The translations under genes and the position numbers were made by a program. Below are positions 26,960 to 38,112 of a stretch of 64,000 bases of DNA, in pieces. The notes under the pieces were generated by a model. That model was given only the letters and a program-made list of their open reading frames with translations, ran no database searches and was not told the DNA's origin. The first letter of the stretch is position 1. Every line of letters begins with the position of its first letter. Origin of the DNA: Gammaproteobacteria bacterium TMED78 (GTDB lineage Bacteria > Pseudomonadota > Gammaproteobacteria > Steroidobacterales > Rariloculaceae); contig NHEF01000021.1 of assembly GCA_002171615.1 (NCBI GenBank), positions 38,574 to 102,573 of the forward strand, in the 5' to 3' direction.

Positions 26960-27472
26960 ATGATTAGCGTTGGAGCTTCATTTCCAGATTTTAATTTAAC
27001 AGCTGTAAATTCTAATAATGAATTTATTCAAGTCAGTAATAATTTTTCTAAAGGCTCTTGGTCTGTAATATATTTTTATCCTAAAGATTTTACTTTTATA
27101 TGCCCTACCGAGATAGTTCAGATGGATACGCTATTAGAAGAAGCAGAGGTCCTAGGAATTTCTGGAGATAATGAATATTGTAAATTAGCCTGGAAAGAAA
27201 AAGACAAAGAATTAGGTAAAATTAAGCATAGTCTGGCAGCAGATCGTGGCCTTAAATTATCAACTGAATGTGGTATAGTTGATCATTCAGAATTTGTATC
27301 TCTTAGGGCTACATTTATAATCAATCCAGAAGGAATAATTGAATCTCTATCATGCAATCACCTTGATACCGGTAGAAGTGCTTCTGAAATCCTTAGAACA
27401 ATAAGAGGTCTTAAAGCAGGCGGTCTAACAGGATGCTCATGGCAACCAGGTGAGGCATTTGCAGATACTTAG
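26960..27472 (+). CDS. peroxiredoxin (AhpC/TSA family)
   Basis: 170 aa with the peroxidatic Cys motif FYPKDFTFICPTEI. Confidence 0.85.
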   Translation: MISVGASFPDFNLTAVNSNNEFIQVSNNFSKGSWSVIYFYPKDFTFICPTEIVQMDTLLEEAEVLGISGDNEYCKLAWKEKDKELGKIKHSLAADRGLKLSTECGIVDHSEFVSLRATFIINPEGIIESLSCNHLDTGRSASEILRTIRGLKAGGLTGCSWQPGEAFADT

Positions 27473-27483
27473 ATCAAAAAAAA

Positions 27484-28779
<1,296 letters not shown>

Positions 28780-28971
28780 CTAACTCCGAATAAAAAATAA
28801 AATAATTAGACCGAAAAATATTAGCAAGAAACCAAATCGCCTAAGCTTTTGATCATTTAATTTTCCTATAAAGATAAGACTACCTTTCCAGCCTTTAGGT
28901 GAAACAAAAGGAAACAAGCCTTCAATTATTAAATAAAAGGCAATACCTGAAATTAAATCATCCCAAAGCAA
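28780..28971 (-). CDS. small membrane protein, DUF2065/YjeT-like
   Basis: 63 aa with two hydrophobic segments. Its position between hflC and purA is that of yjeT in gammaproteobacteria. Confidence 0.65.
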   Translation of the reverse strand: MLWDDLISGIAFYLIIEGLFPFVSPKGWKGSLIFIGKLNDQKLRRFGFLLIFFGLIILFFIRS

Positions 28972-28981
28972 AATTCTTAAG

Positions 28982-29860
28982 CTATGGGCTCACAACACCA
29001 AATTGATTTTGTAAAAACTGAAAGAAATCACTATCAGGACTTAAAACTAAAACATCCTGCTGGCCGCCTATAGATTGACGATAAGCTTGCATGCTTCGAT
29101 AAAAAGAATAGAACTGTGGATTCTGAGTATATGCATTAGCATAAATTTCAGCCGCTCCAGCATCTCCCTCTCCTCTCATAATCTCAGCATCTCTATAAGC
29201 TTCAGCTAATATAACTGTTCTCTGTCTATCTGCGTCAGCCCTTATTCTTTCTGAATCTTCATTGCCTTCAGCTCTTAATTGAGCGGCGACTCTGGCTCGT
29301 TCCTGTTGCATTCTAGCATACACGGAATCACTAACTTCATCTGAAAGCTCTATCCTCATCACTCTAACATCAACAACTTCTATCCCTAGCTCTGGGGCTC
29401 TTTGTCTAGCTTGAATTAACATCCCAGACATTATTTCAGATCTTTCTGCAGAAACTACTTCTTGGACTGTTCTCCTTGAAAACTCTGCCTTTATTCCTTC
29501 CCTAATAATTGAGGATAAACGCTGTTGGGCTAATATCTCATCACCTCTGGCAGTTCTAAAATACTGTCCCGGATCAACTATTCTCCAAGTGATAAAATAA
29601 TCAACAATTAAATTTTTCTTCTCACCAGTAAGGAATCTTTCTTGTGACTCACCATAATTTAATATTCGATTTGGATACTTCCTAACTTCATTTACTATCG
29701 GAATTTTAAAGTGAAGTCCTGGTGAATAATCAGCTTTAACTATTTCACCAAAACGAAATTTAACAGCGTGCTCTCTCTCATCGACAGTGAAAACAGTTGA
29801 ATTAATAACAAAGCCCACTAATAAAAAAATAATAAAAAACATATTTATTTTAGAAAACAT
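28982..29860 (-). CDS. hflC: FtsH protease modulator HflC
   Basis: 292 aa; N-terminal TM plus SPFH/band-7 domain; hflK-hflC synteny. Confidence 0.93.
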   Translation of the reverse strand: MFSKINMFFIIFLLVGFVINSTVFTVDEREHAVKFRFGEIVKADYSPGLHFKIPIVNEVRKYPNRILNYGESQERFLTGEKKNLIVDYFITWRIVDPGQYFRTARGDEILAQQRLSSIIREGIKAEFSRRTVQEVVSAERSEIMSGMLIQARQRAPELGIEVVDVRVMRIELSDEVSDSVYARMQQERARVAAQLRAEGNEDSERIRADADRQRTVILAEAYRDAEIMRGEGDAGAAEIYANAYTQNPQFYSFYRSMQAYRQSIGGQQDVLVLSPDSDFFQFLQNQFGVVSP

Positions 29861-29873
29861 TTATTTCTCCTTA

Positions 29874-30986
29874 TTATCTAAGATCACGAGATCTTGATGG
29901 CAAGCTAGAGTCACTAGCTACTGGATTACTCATTAAAGGGGACATAGGCTGTTGTGAATCATCTCTGCGCTCCATTAACCTATCTAGTGGTAAATATATT
30001 AGATTTCCTCCTCCCTCAGCATCTAATAATACTTTAGTAGAGTTAGCTAAAACATTTTCAATCGTCTCTAAATACATTCTTTGTCGAGTCACCTCTTCTG
30101 CTTGTTCGTATTCTCTTAAAATTTGAGTGAAACGACTTGCTTCTCCCTCTGCATCAGCGATTACCCTTGCTTTATAGCCCTCAGCATCTAGTAATTCTCT
30201 TGCTGCAGAACCTCTTGCATTAGGTAAAATATCATTCGCATAAGCTTCTGCTTCAAAGCTCATCCTTTCCTTATCTTCTCTTGCCTTAATTGCATCTTGA
30301 ACACTAGCCTCAACATCAGAAGGGAAGTTTGCTTCTTGAAGGTTTAGTTCAAATATTGTTATACCTGCGCCATAAAGATCTAGCGTGCTCTGAACTAGTT
30401 CTAAAGCTTGTATAGATATTTCAGCTCTACCTTCAGTTAAAATAAAATCTAGTTCATTCTTCCCCACAACCTCTCTTATAGCACTTCCAGTAATATCTCT
30501 TAGTGTGGACTCAGGTGATCTTAGATTAAATAAAAAGTCTTGAGGATTTTCTCGTCTATATTGAACTTCTATATCTACATCAACTATATTTTCATCTTTA
30601 GTTAGCATGCTCCCCTGATATGCTAGCCTCTCAGTAGCATTAGTATTGATTGTTTCAACACTTTCTATTGGCCAGGGTAAATGCCATCTCAAGCCAGGTT
30701 GGCTAATATTGGTAAACTGTCCAAACCGAAATACTACTCCTCTTTCTGCATCACTTATCTGATAAAAACCAGAAAAGCCCCAGACAGCAAGAATAACCAT
30801 AATAATTCCAGACAAAAAACCATTTAACTTTCCAGGCCTTCTAGACCCATTATTAAACTTTTTACCACCAAAAAATTTAGAGAATTTTTTTTGTAAATCT
30901 CTTATAACAGCATCTAAATCTTCTGGCTCATTACCCCTATTATTTTTCCAAGGATCTTCTTTTCTTTCTTGATCATCCCAACTCAT
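29874..30986 (-). CDS. hflK: FtsH protease modulator HflK
   Basis: 370 aa; TM plus SPFH domain (ERGVVFRFGQF...); hflX-hflK-hflC synteny. Confidence 0.93.
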   Translation of the reverse strand: MSWDDQERKEDPWKNNRGNEPEDLDAVIRDLQKKFSKFFGGKKFNNGSRRPGKLNGFLSGIIMVILAVWGFSGFYQISDAERGVVFRFGQFTNISQPGLRWHLPWPIESVETINTNATERLAYQGSMLTKDENIVDVDIEVQYRRENPQDFLFNLRSPESTLRDITGSAIREVVGKNELDFILTEGRAEISIQALELVQSTLDLYGAGITIFELNLQEANFPSDVEASVQDAIKAREDKERMSFEAEAYANDILPNARGSAARELLDAEGYKARVIADAEGEASRFTQILREYEQAEEVTRQRMYLETIENVLANSTKVLLDAEGGGNLIYLPLDRLMERRDDSQQPMSPLMSNPVASDSSLPSRSRDLR

Positions 30987-32256
30987 TGTTTATATCCCTC
31001 TTTCTTATTATATTATCAAAAACTCCTACTTCTAATGATAGCTCTTCTAAGTAGTCATTTGGAAGTATTATATTCAGTGTCCATCCTCCAAATTTATTTG
31101 GTTTCTCAGATGTTACCGCCGACAATGAAAATAATTTTGCCCTTAGTTTGCTCTGATTAGGCCTAAGATCTATTTTACCTGAAATAGACTCACCAAAGCA
31201 TCTAATTTTGATCTCTTCCTTTAATTTATCTAGTCCATCACCAGTCTTAGCAGATACTAAAAATTTATTTATACCCAGGCCTCCTAAATTACCATCTATT
31301 CTAGTTTCAATAGATTTATCACTTTTATTATGAACATGAACACAAGGAATATCTCCAGCCCCAATATCATGCAAAACCTTCTCAACTTCTCTACGACGAT
31401 CTGCTCTATGAGGATCAGAGGCATCAATTATATGTAAAAGAAGAGACGCCTCTCTAGTTTCAGTTAGGGTTGATTTAAAGGCGGCTATTAACTGGTGAGG
31501 CAAATCTCTAACGAAACCGACAGTATCAACTAATAAAATATCATTCTTAGATACAACAGGAAAGCGTCTAATTGTAGGGTCTAAAGTTGCAAATAATTTA
31601 TCTTTTCCGTCCTTATTTGATCTGCTTAGTAAATTAAATAATGTTGTCTTACCTACATTTGTATACCCAACTAAAGCTATAGTCATAGCTTTTGCCCTTC
31701 TTCTTTCTCTCCGGCTCATTTCTCTTTGCTTTTCCAAGCGATCTAAACGATTCTTAAGTGATTTAATTCTATGCCCAATTAGGCGCCTATCAGTTTCTAG
31801 CTGTGTCTCACCTGGTCCTCTAAGGCCTATTCCGCCCTTTTGCCTTTCTAAGTGGGTCCAGCCCTTTATTAATCTAGCTGCTAGGTGCTCTAGCTGTGCA
31901 ATCTCCACTTGAAGCTTACCCTCAAAAGTTCTAGCTCTTTGGGCAAAAATATCTAAAATCAATCCATTTCTATCTAAAACTTTTAGCCCTAAAACTTTTT
32001 CAAGGTTCCTTTCTTGAGAGGCAGATAATGTCTGACTTACTAAAACTAATTCAATTGAGCAATTCAAGGCTCTGTCTTTAAGTTCTTCAGCTTTTCCCTT
32101 TCCAATATATAAATCTGGTGTAGGTTTTGATCTCTTTACAATCAGCTCTTCGGAAACAGATACTCCTGCTGATACAGCTAAAGCTTTAAATTCTTGTATT
32201 TCATCATCTTGTGGAGCTCGTCCTATTCCAATATGCAAAAGAAGGGCTTTTTCCAT
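30973..32256 (-). CDS. hflX: GTPase HflX
   Basis: 427 aa; G-domain motifs GYTNVGKTTLFN and DTVGF; downstream of hfq. Confidence 0.95.
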   Translation of the reverse strand: MEKALLLHIGIGRAPQDDEIQEFKALAVSAGVSVSEELIVKRSKPTPDLYIGKGKAEELKDRALNCSIELVLVSQTLSASQERNLEKVLGLKVLDRNGLILDIFAQRARTFEGKLQVEIAQLEHLAARLIKGWTHLERQKGGIGLRGPGETQLETDRRLIGHRIKSLKNRLDRLEKQREMSRRERRRAKAMTIALVGYTNVGKTTLFNLLSRSNKDGKDKLFATLDPTIRRFPVVSKNDILLVDTVGFVRDLPHQLIAAFKSTLTETREASLLLHIIDASDPHRADRRREVEKVLHDIGAGDIPCVHVHNKSDKSIETRIDGNLGGLGINKFLVSAKTGDGLDKLKEEIKIRCFGESISGKIDLRPNQSKLRAKLFSLSAVTSEKPNKFGGWTLNIILPNDYLEELSLEVGVFDNIIRKRDINNELG

Positions 32257-32297
32257 AAAATTATACTAAATACTGTCTACTAATATTTGAGATATAG

Positions 32298-32537
32298 TCA
32301 TAAATTCTCACTCTCAAATTCTTCAGTTAATTTAATGTCTTTTGTGGGAACAACAGTAGATATTGCATGCTTATATACAATCTGGTTAATATTATTTCTT
32401 AATAAAATAACAAATTGATCAAAAGATTCTATTTTACCTTCCAATTTAATCCCATTAACTAGATAAATTGAAACTTGAATACTATTCTTTCTTAGCTCGT
32501 TCAAGAAAGGATCTTGTAATGACTGGCTCTTAGTCAT
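32298..32537 (-). CDS. hfq: RNA chaperone Hfq
   Basis: 79 aa; Sm motifs [39 protein letters not shown] ... [10 protein letters not shown]. Confidence 0.97.
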   Translation of the reverse strand: MTKSQSLQDPFLNELRKNSIQVSIYLVNGIKLEGKIESFDQFVILLRNNINQIVYKHAISTVVPTKDIKLTEEFESENL

Positions 32538-32606
32538 AGTTCACCGTAATTTTTTATAAACTTAATTACTTAATTGTATCATATTATTATTTTTTCAAGA
32601 GTAGTT

Positions 32607-33545
32607 TCATAAAATTAACTTTCTGTTTATCTCCTTTGATAAGGAATCTATTAAGTTAAGCTTTTCTTGCAAATCTCTCAATACTATTTTTTTCATTTTA
32701 TTATCAGATCGTAATGAAGTCATCTGTCTCTTAGCTAGCTGCCTCGACGCAATAATAATTTTATTTTTAGCCTCATCAAACGATAAATTACCATCTAAAT
32801 ATGACCAAAACTGTCTATATCCAACTGATCGCATAGACGGAAAGTTTGAATGCATATCAGGGCGTGACCTAAAAGAATTAACTTCATCTACCAAGCCATC
32901 ATCAATCATAATATCTAGCCTCTTTGTTATTCGCTGGGTCAACCAATCCTTACTTTCTGGAAGTATGGCAATAGAATTTATTTTTGGCCTATCGATATTT
33001 CCCTTCTTCTTATGCAAAGAAGATATAGGCTCACCAGAAATGAAAAAGACTTCTAATGCTCTTTGTATTCTTTGACTATCATTTCTAGAAATATTTGATG
33101 CAGCGACTGGATCAATCTTACCTAGAAGCTTATGAAGCTGAGGCCAACCTATTTTTTTTGCCTCCTCATCTAGTTTCTTTCTTATATCTTGATCTGCTGG
33201 AGGTAAATCTGCCAAGCCATCTCTAATTGCTTTTAAATAAAGATGAGTGCCTCCGACTAAAATTGGCATATTTCCTCTAGATGATATCTCCTCAATAAGA
33301 ATATTGGCATCCTTAACAAAATTTCCAACAGAATAAGTTTCTGATGCATCAATTATACTAATAAGGTGATGGGGTATTTTTGAAAGAATTTTTCCTGATG
33401 GTTTAGCAGTTCCTATGTCCATCGACCTATAAACTAGAGCAGAGTCCATATTTATGACTTCTAGTGGGGCTTTTTCTGCAAGATTAATCGCAAAATCAGT
33501 TTTACCACAGGCTGTGGGGCCTATAATGCAATAGCACTCCCTCAC
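32607..33545 (-). CDS. miaA: tRNA dimethylallyltransferase
   Basis: 312 aa; P-loop GPTACGKT, MDIGTAKP and GGTHLYLKAI motifs; miaA-hfq synteny. Confidence 0.95.
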   Translation of the reverse strand: MRECYCIIGPTACGKTDFAINLAEKAPLEVINMDSALVYRSMDIGTAKPSGKILSKIPHHLISIIDASETYSVGNFVKDANILIEEISSRGNMPILVGGTHLYLKAIRDGLADLPPADQDIRKKLDEEAKKIGWPQLHKLLGKIDPVAASNISRNDSQRIQRALEVFFISGEPISSLHKKKGNIDRPKINSIAILPESKDWLTQRITKRLDIMIDDGLVDEVNSFRSRPDMHSNFPSMRSVGYRQFWSYLDGNLSFDEAKNKIIIASRQLAKRQMTSLRSDNKMKKIVLRDLQEKLNLIDSLSKEINRKLIL

Positions 33546-33554
33546 ATCTGAACC

Positions 33555-34901
33555 CTAAATCCCTGGAATAACTAATACTTGGCCAATATAAATTAGATCG
33601 CTACTTATATTATTTGCATTCCTTAACCTTGTTAGTCTTATTTTATAAAACTCAGCTATTTCAGATAGTGTCTCTCCTTCCGTAATAATATGAGTTTTAT
33701 CATATTTTCTTAGGTCTGGGGGATTTGATGCAATAATAGTTCCAGCAGTAGGATTTTCAATAAAATACTCCATAACACCGGTATAAATTGAATTTGCAAA
33801 AACTTCCTGGAAAAAAGGATCAGAAAGTCTCTTCTCCTCATCAGGGTTTGATATATATCCCATCTCTATTAAGATAGATGGTATACCTGATGTCTTTAAG
33901 ACACGAAATGGTGCTCTTTGTGCTTCTTGTTTTCTCAATCTAGTAATTTGATCTAATTGGCTAATAATATATTCACTAGCTTTTATGCTTCTTGGTATAG
34001 CACTTCCTTGGGCCATTTCCACAAGCAAGCCAAGCACATCATCATCTTGACAATTATCACATCCAAATAAACTTGATGAATTTTCCCTATTAGCAAGAGC
34101 TTGGACTCTCTCATCAGATGCGCCCTTTTCCGATAATACATAAACTGTTGCTCCATTCACTCTTCTATCAGAAAATGCATCTGCATGAAGAGATAAAAAA
34201 ATATCTGCCTTTGCTTCTAAAGCTATTTTTGTTCTATCTGTAAGTGATACAAAATTGTCACTATCTCTTATCAATAGAGGAGAAATTCCATTCTCTAAGG
34301 AAAATCTCTCGGCAAGCTTCTTAGCTATAGATAAGACTATATCTTTTTCATTTTGACCTTGAGGGCCAGTTGCCCCTGGGTCTCTTCCTCCGTGACCAGC
34401 ATCAATGGCAACTATAATATCCCTAAGGTTTGATGAAGTAACTTCGTAGCCATCAATATCTAAAATTAATATCTTATAATCACCTTGCTCAATAATACTG
34501 GATTCAAAATTAGAAGAAGATCTTAAATCAAGCACAATTCTTAAAGTATCATCAATATTTTTTCCCAATCTTGCTTCACTAATATTTCCTGATCCGTTAA
34601 AAAACTTAGCAGAAAAAATATTATCTCTATTAGAATAAAACCCTTGAATAGAATCACCAACTAGTATTCCTTTTGGCCTATTAATAAAATTTGTGGAAAT
34701 CTCTACAAGAATTCTAAATTTTTGCTCAAGACTATCAAGATAAGTAATCTTGTAACTGGCAGATTTAGGAAGCTCTATAAAAACTTGTGTCTTATCCCCA
34801 GAAGATAAAATCCTAAGCGGAGCAATCTCATCAGCAATTACTTTCAAAGAAAGAATCAAAGATAGAATAAGTATAAATAACAGGTCTCTAAAAACCATCA
34901 T
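33555..34901 (-). CDS. amiB: N-acetylmuramoyl-L-alanine amidase (AmiB/AmiC type) with C-terminal LysM
   Basis: 448 aa; signal peptide; Amidase_3 motifs (IDAGHGGRDPGA; LSLHADAF); C-terminal LysM (HIITEGETLSEIAEFYKIRLTRLRNANNISSDLIYIGQVLVIP). Confidence 0.88.
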   Translation of the reverse strand: MMVFRDLLFILILSLILSLKVIADEIAPLRILSSGDKTQVFIELPKSASYKITYLDSLEQKFRILVEISTNFINRPKGILVGDSIQGFYSNRDNIFSAKFFNGSGNISEARLGKNIDDTLRIVLDLRSSSNFESSIIEQGDYKILILDIDGYEVTSSNLRDIIVAIDAGHGGRDPGATGPQGQNEKDIVLSIAKKLAERFSLENGISPLLIRDSDNFVSLTDRTKIALEAKADIFLSLHADAFSDRRVNGATVYVLSEKGASDERVQALANRENSSSLFGCDNCQDDDVLGLLVEMAQGSAIPRSIKASEYIISQLDQITRLRKQEAQRAPFRVLKTSGIPSILIEMGYISNPDEEKRLSDPFFQEVFANSIYTGVMEYFIENPTAGTIIASNPPDLRKYDKTHIITEGETLSEIAEFYKIRLTRLRNANNISSDLIYIGQVLVIPGI

Positions 34902-35004
34902 ACATGTAGCACCAATAATAGAAAGCTATATAATTTTTTCAATTAATACAAAAAAATTCAACATATTTTAAGTTAAATTGTCCTTCATTGGTATTAAATT
35001 AGAA

Positions 35005-35523
35005 TCAAGGAAATTCTGATTTTCCTATACTACTCAGAATATTATAACCTTTACTGGTCTTTGCTATGAAATTTATATCTCTATTTTGATTTCCTGAAAA
35101 ACTAAGCATCAATATCAGATCTAATGAGTAATAAAGACTTTTCACTCTCTCTGCCCATTCAACAAAAATCCAAGTTGATGGGCAAGCAATCCTTTCTCTA
35201 AGGCCAAGCGACTCGAATTCTTGCTCACTATTAGGGTCAATTAATCTATACAGATCAACATGGATTAAATTGATATCATTAACATTATACTCTTCTAGTA
35301 GAGTATACGTTGGAGAAACTACTTTTCCGCTATATCCCAAATTTTCTAAAAAATATCTCATCCATGTAGTTTTTCCTGCGCCCAACTCTCCTGATAACCC
35401 GAACTGAAGTGTATCTAATTTAGAAGCAAGTAAAACATCACTTATAGTTGAGCATAATTGCTCTAATTTTTTTTCTGTAAGATTATAATAACTTAAATTT
35501 TTCATTATATTTTTAATCCACAA
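35005..35523 (-). CDS. tsaE: tRNA t6A biosynthesis ATPase TsaE (YjeE)
   Basis: 172 aa; Walker A GELGAGKTT and SPTYTLLEEY motif. The true start may be the ATG at 35505, which would avoid the overlap with nnr. Confidence 0.85.
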   Translation of the reverse strand: MWIKNIMKNLSYYNLTEKKLEQLCSTISDVLLASKLDTLQFGLSGELGAGKTTWMRYFLENLGYSGKVVSPTYTLLEEYNVNDINLIHVDLYRLIDPNSEQEFESLGLRERIACPSTWIFVEWAERVKSLYYSLDLILMLSFSGNQNRDINFIAKTSKGYNILSSIGKSEFP

Positions 35524-37003
35524 GCTTTCTTATATAAGGAATTAAATCAGATGGAATCATTCCCTTTTCCCCCTCTTTAGAAGCAGAATCGCCCGCCAAA
35601 GCATGAATCATTACACCTGCCAAACTAGCATCAGTTAAGCTAATTTTTTGTGCTAAAAAGCTTCCGATCATGCCTGCTAATAAGTCGCCCATTCCAGCAG
35701 TAGCCATTCCTGGATTACCATAGCGGCAAACTTTAGGAAATTTATCCTTATCTTTCATAACTAAGGTATTATGTCCCTTTAGAACAACTACTCCGCCATA
35801 ATTTTTAGAAATTCTAGAAATACTATTAACTCTATCAGATTGAATACTCTCACTATTAGTATCAAGAAGCATGCCTGCCTCACCAGGATGAGGAGTCAGA
35901 ATCCAATTGTTTCTTTTTTGCTTTGCTTTAGATAGAAAACTTAGAGCATCAGCATCTACTACAAGAGGTACATTTGAATTAATAGCTATATCATACAGCT
36001 CTTTTGACCATATAGATTTACCTAAACCTGGTCCTAAAACTATAGCATTTATTCCCCCTAGCAGAGGCTCTAACTGTTTCCGTTTAACTATACCATAACA
36101 AAGAACTTCAGGAATCTTCCTTAGGATAAAATCCCGATTTTTAGGATGAGTAGCAATCTTTACCATACCAATTCCTGATCTCAAGGCAGATTCAGCAGCC
36201 AAAGAAACTGCTCCACCCATGTTTTCATCACCACCTACTATCAATAAAGTACCGTGTGAGCCTTTATGAGAAGATGCTAATCTTTTAGGTAATATGGCTG
36301 GAAGTATAGACGCATCCATCATCTTTAAGCTTGGTTTAAAATTATCATAAACTTTTTTTGTTATATTTAGTGATTCAAAAAAAATTTTACCTACATAATC
36401 AGCTGCACTTCCTAGAAATAAACCTTGCTTTAAGGCAACTAAAACTAAAGTAATATCAGCCCTAACCGCTGTTTTCATAGGCATGCCAGTATCAGAATTT
36501 AAACCACTTGGAATATCAATTGAAAGAATAGGAGAGTCTAAGGAGTTAAGATAATTTATTGCTTCCAAATAAAGCCCAGTAACACTTCTTGACACTCCTA
36601 AGCCTAGTATAGCATCAATATAAAGATCAGCATTTAACTTGGCAAGAAAATCAACATCGCCTTCAAAAGTCAGGACATGCCCTCCTGATCTAAGATATAA
36701 GCTTAAAGCCTTTTCGGCTGCTTCTGGATAACCGTTAATAGGCTCAATCTTAACAACAATGACATTTAGCCCACTCTCCATTAATAATCTTGCTAGGACA
36801 AATCCATCGCCACCATTATTCCCTACTCCACAGAAAAGTACTATTTTTTTAATACTAGGAAAATATTCATGAATGAATCTATGGATAGTTTTACCAGCTT
36901 CAAGCATAAGATCATAAGTAGATATTTCCATATTATAAATAGCATAATTATCAATATCACGAACTACTGAAGAAGGATAAATTTCTGAAGGTATATTACA
37001 CAT
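35513..37003 (-). CDS. nnr: bifunctional NAD(P)H-hydrate epimerase/dehydratase (YjeF)
   Basis: 496 aa; N-terminal YjeF_N (CGVGNNGGDGFV) and C-terminal carbohydrate-kinase domain (GNPGMATAGMGDLLAG). Confidence 0.92.
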   Translation of the reverse strand: MCNIPSEIYPSSVVRDIDNYAIYNMEISTYDLMLEAGKTIHRFIHEYFPSIKKIVLFCGVGNNGGDGFVLARLLMESGLNVIVVKIEPINGYPEAAEKALSLYLRSGGHVLTFEGDVDFLAKLNADLYIDAILGLGVSRSVTGLYLEAINYLNSLDSPILSIDIPSGLNSDTGMPMKTAVRADITLVLVALKQGLFLGSAADYVGKIFFESLNITKKVYDNFKPSLKMMDASILPAILPKRLASSHKGSHGTLLIVGGDENMGGAVSLAAESALRSGIGMVKIATHPKNRDFILRKIPEVLCYGIVKRKQLEPLLGGINAIVLGPGLGKSIWSKELYDIAINSNVPLVVDADALSFLSKAKQKRNNWILTPHPGEAGMLLDTNSESIQSDRVNSISRISKNYGGVVVLKGHNTLVMKDKDKFPKVCRYGNPGMATAGMGDLLAGMIGSFLAQKISLTDASLAGVMIHALAGDSASKEGEKGMIPSDLIPYIRKLVD

Positions 37004-37023
37004 AATATGTTTATACTAACTCT

Positions 37024-38112
37024 ATGGATTTCTCAAATAAACAAATTATAAAAAATAAATTATTACCTTCTGAGTTAACTGAACTGTCTAAAAAAATTAA
37101 AAAAGAAGGGATAGCTTTAGGATTTCAACAAATTGGTATTACAGGAGTAGACTTATCAAAGGATGAAATTTATTTGGAAAAATGGCTATCCTTGGGTAGG
37201 AATGGAGAAATGAGATATATGTCTTCACATGGAAAAAAAAGATCCAGGCCTAGTATGATTGTTCCACAAACACTTAAAATAATTTCAGCAAGAATGGACT
37301 ATCTAACACCGGAGTCAGAAGAATCAATTAAAATTTTAAAAAACAAAAAGAAGGCTTTTATATCCCGCTATGCTCTAGGTAGAGACTATCATAAAGTTTT
37401 AAAAGGGAGATTAAAAAAATTAGTAGCCTTCATAGAAGAGCAAATTAGAGATTATAACTTTAGAATCTTTGTAGATAGCGCACCTGTACTAGAGAAAGCA
37501 ATTGCTAGGAATGCTGGCCTTGGATGGATAGGTAAGAATACAAACCTAATCAACCCTAAGGCCGGGTCCTTTTTCTTTTTAGGAGAAATATATACTGATC
37601 TAGATTTACCACATGACTCTCAAACTAGTAATCATTGTGGCTCTTGTGTTGCCTGTATAGATTGTTGCCCTACCAATGCAATAGTAGCTCCATACCAGCT
37701 TGATGCAAGAAAATGTATTTCATATCTAACGATAGAACATAAATCTTCGATACCTATTAAATATCGTAAAAAAATTGGGAACAGAATATATGGTTGTGAT
37801 GACTGCCAACTATTTTGTCCATGGAATAAATTTGCTGATCCCTCAAAAATTACTGATTTTAAAGTTAGGCATAATTTAGATAGAGCTAATTTGATCGATC
37901 TCTTTCTCTGGTCCAAGGATGAATGGGAAAAAAATCTTAGAGGTAGTGCTATGAGAAGGGTCGGTTATGAGGGATGGCTCAGAAATTTAGCAATTGCTCT
38001 AGGAAATTCAGAAAAGAGTAATGATCTAATGCTAGCGCTTATTAAAAGAAAAAACCATCCCTCATCAATGGTGAGAGAGCATGTTGAATGGGCGCTTGAA
38101 CAGCACAATTAA
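37024..38112 (+). CDS. queG: epoxyqueuosine reductase
   Basis: 362 aa; two 4Fe-4S motifs (CGSCVACIDCCP; CDDCQLFCPWN) and a C-terminal HEAT-like region; divergent from nnr as in other gammaproteobacteria. Confidence 0.92.
   Translation: MDFSNKQIIKNKLLPSELTELSKKIKKEGIALGFQQIGITGVDLSKDEIYLEKWLSLGRNGEMRYMSSHGKKRSRPSMIVPQTLKIISARMDYLTPESEESIKILKNKKKAFISRYALGRDYHKVLKGRLKKLVAFIEEQIRDYNFRIFVDSAPVLEKAIARNAGLGWIGKNTNLINPKAGSFFFLGEIYTDLDLPHDSQTSNHCGSCVACIDCCPTNAIVAPYQLDARKCISYLTIEHKSSIPIKYRKKIGNRIYGCDDCQLFCPWNKFADPSKITDFKVRHNLDRANLIDLFLWSKDEWEKNLRGSAMRRVGYEGWLRNLAIALGNSEKSNDLMLALIKRKNHPSSMVREHVEWALEQHN

Noticed and set aside
26890-26967. 25-codon upstream ORF (MEEVRSLNKTTIRYLNKLNRGKYHD) overlapping the peroxiredoxin start
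   Set aside because: There is no SD before its ATG, and the ATG is part of the inverted-repeat arm. It is most likely a fortuitous ORF.
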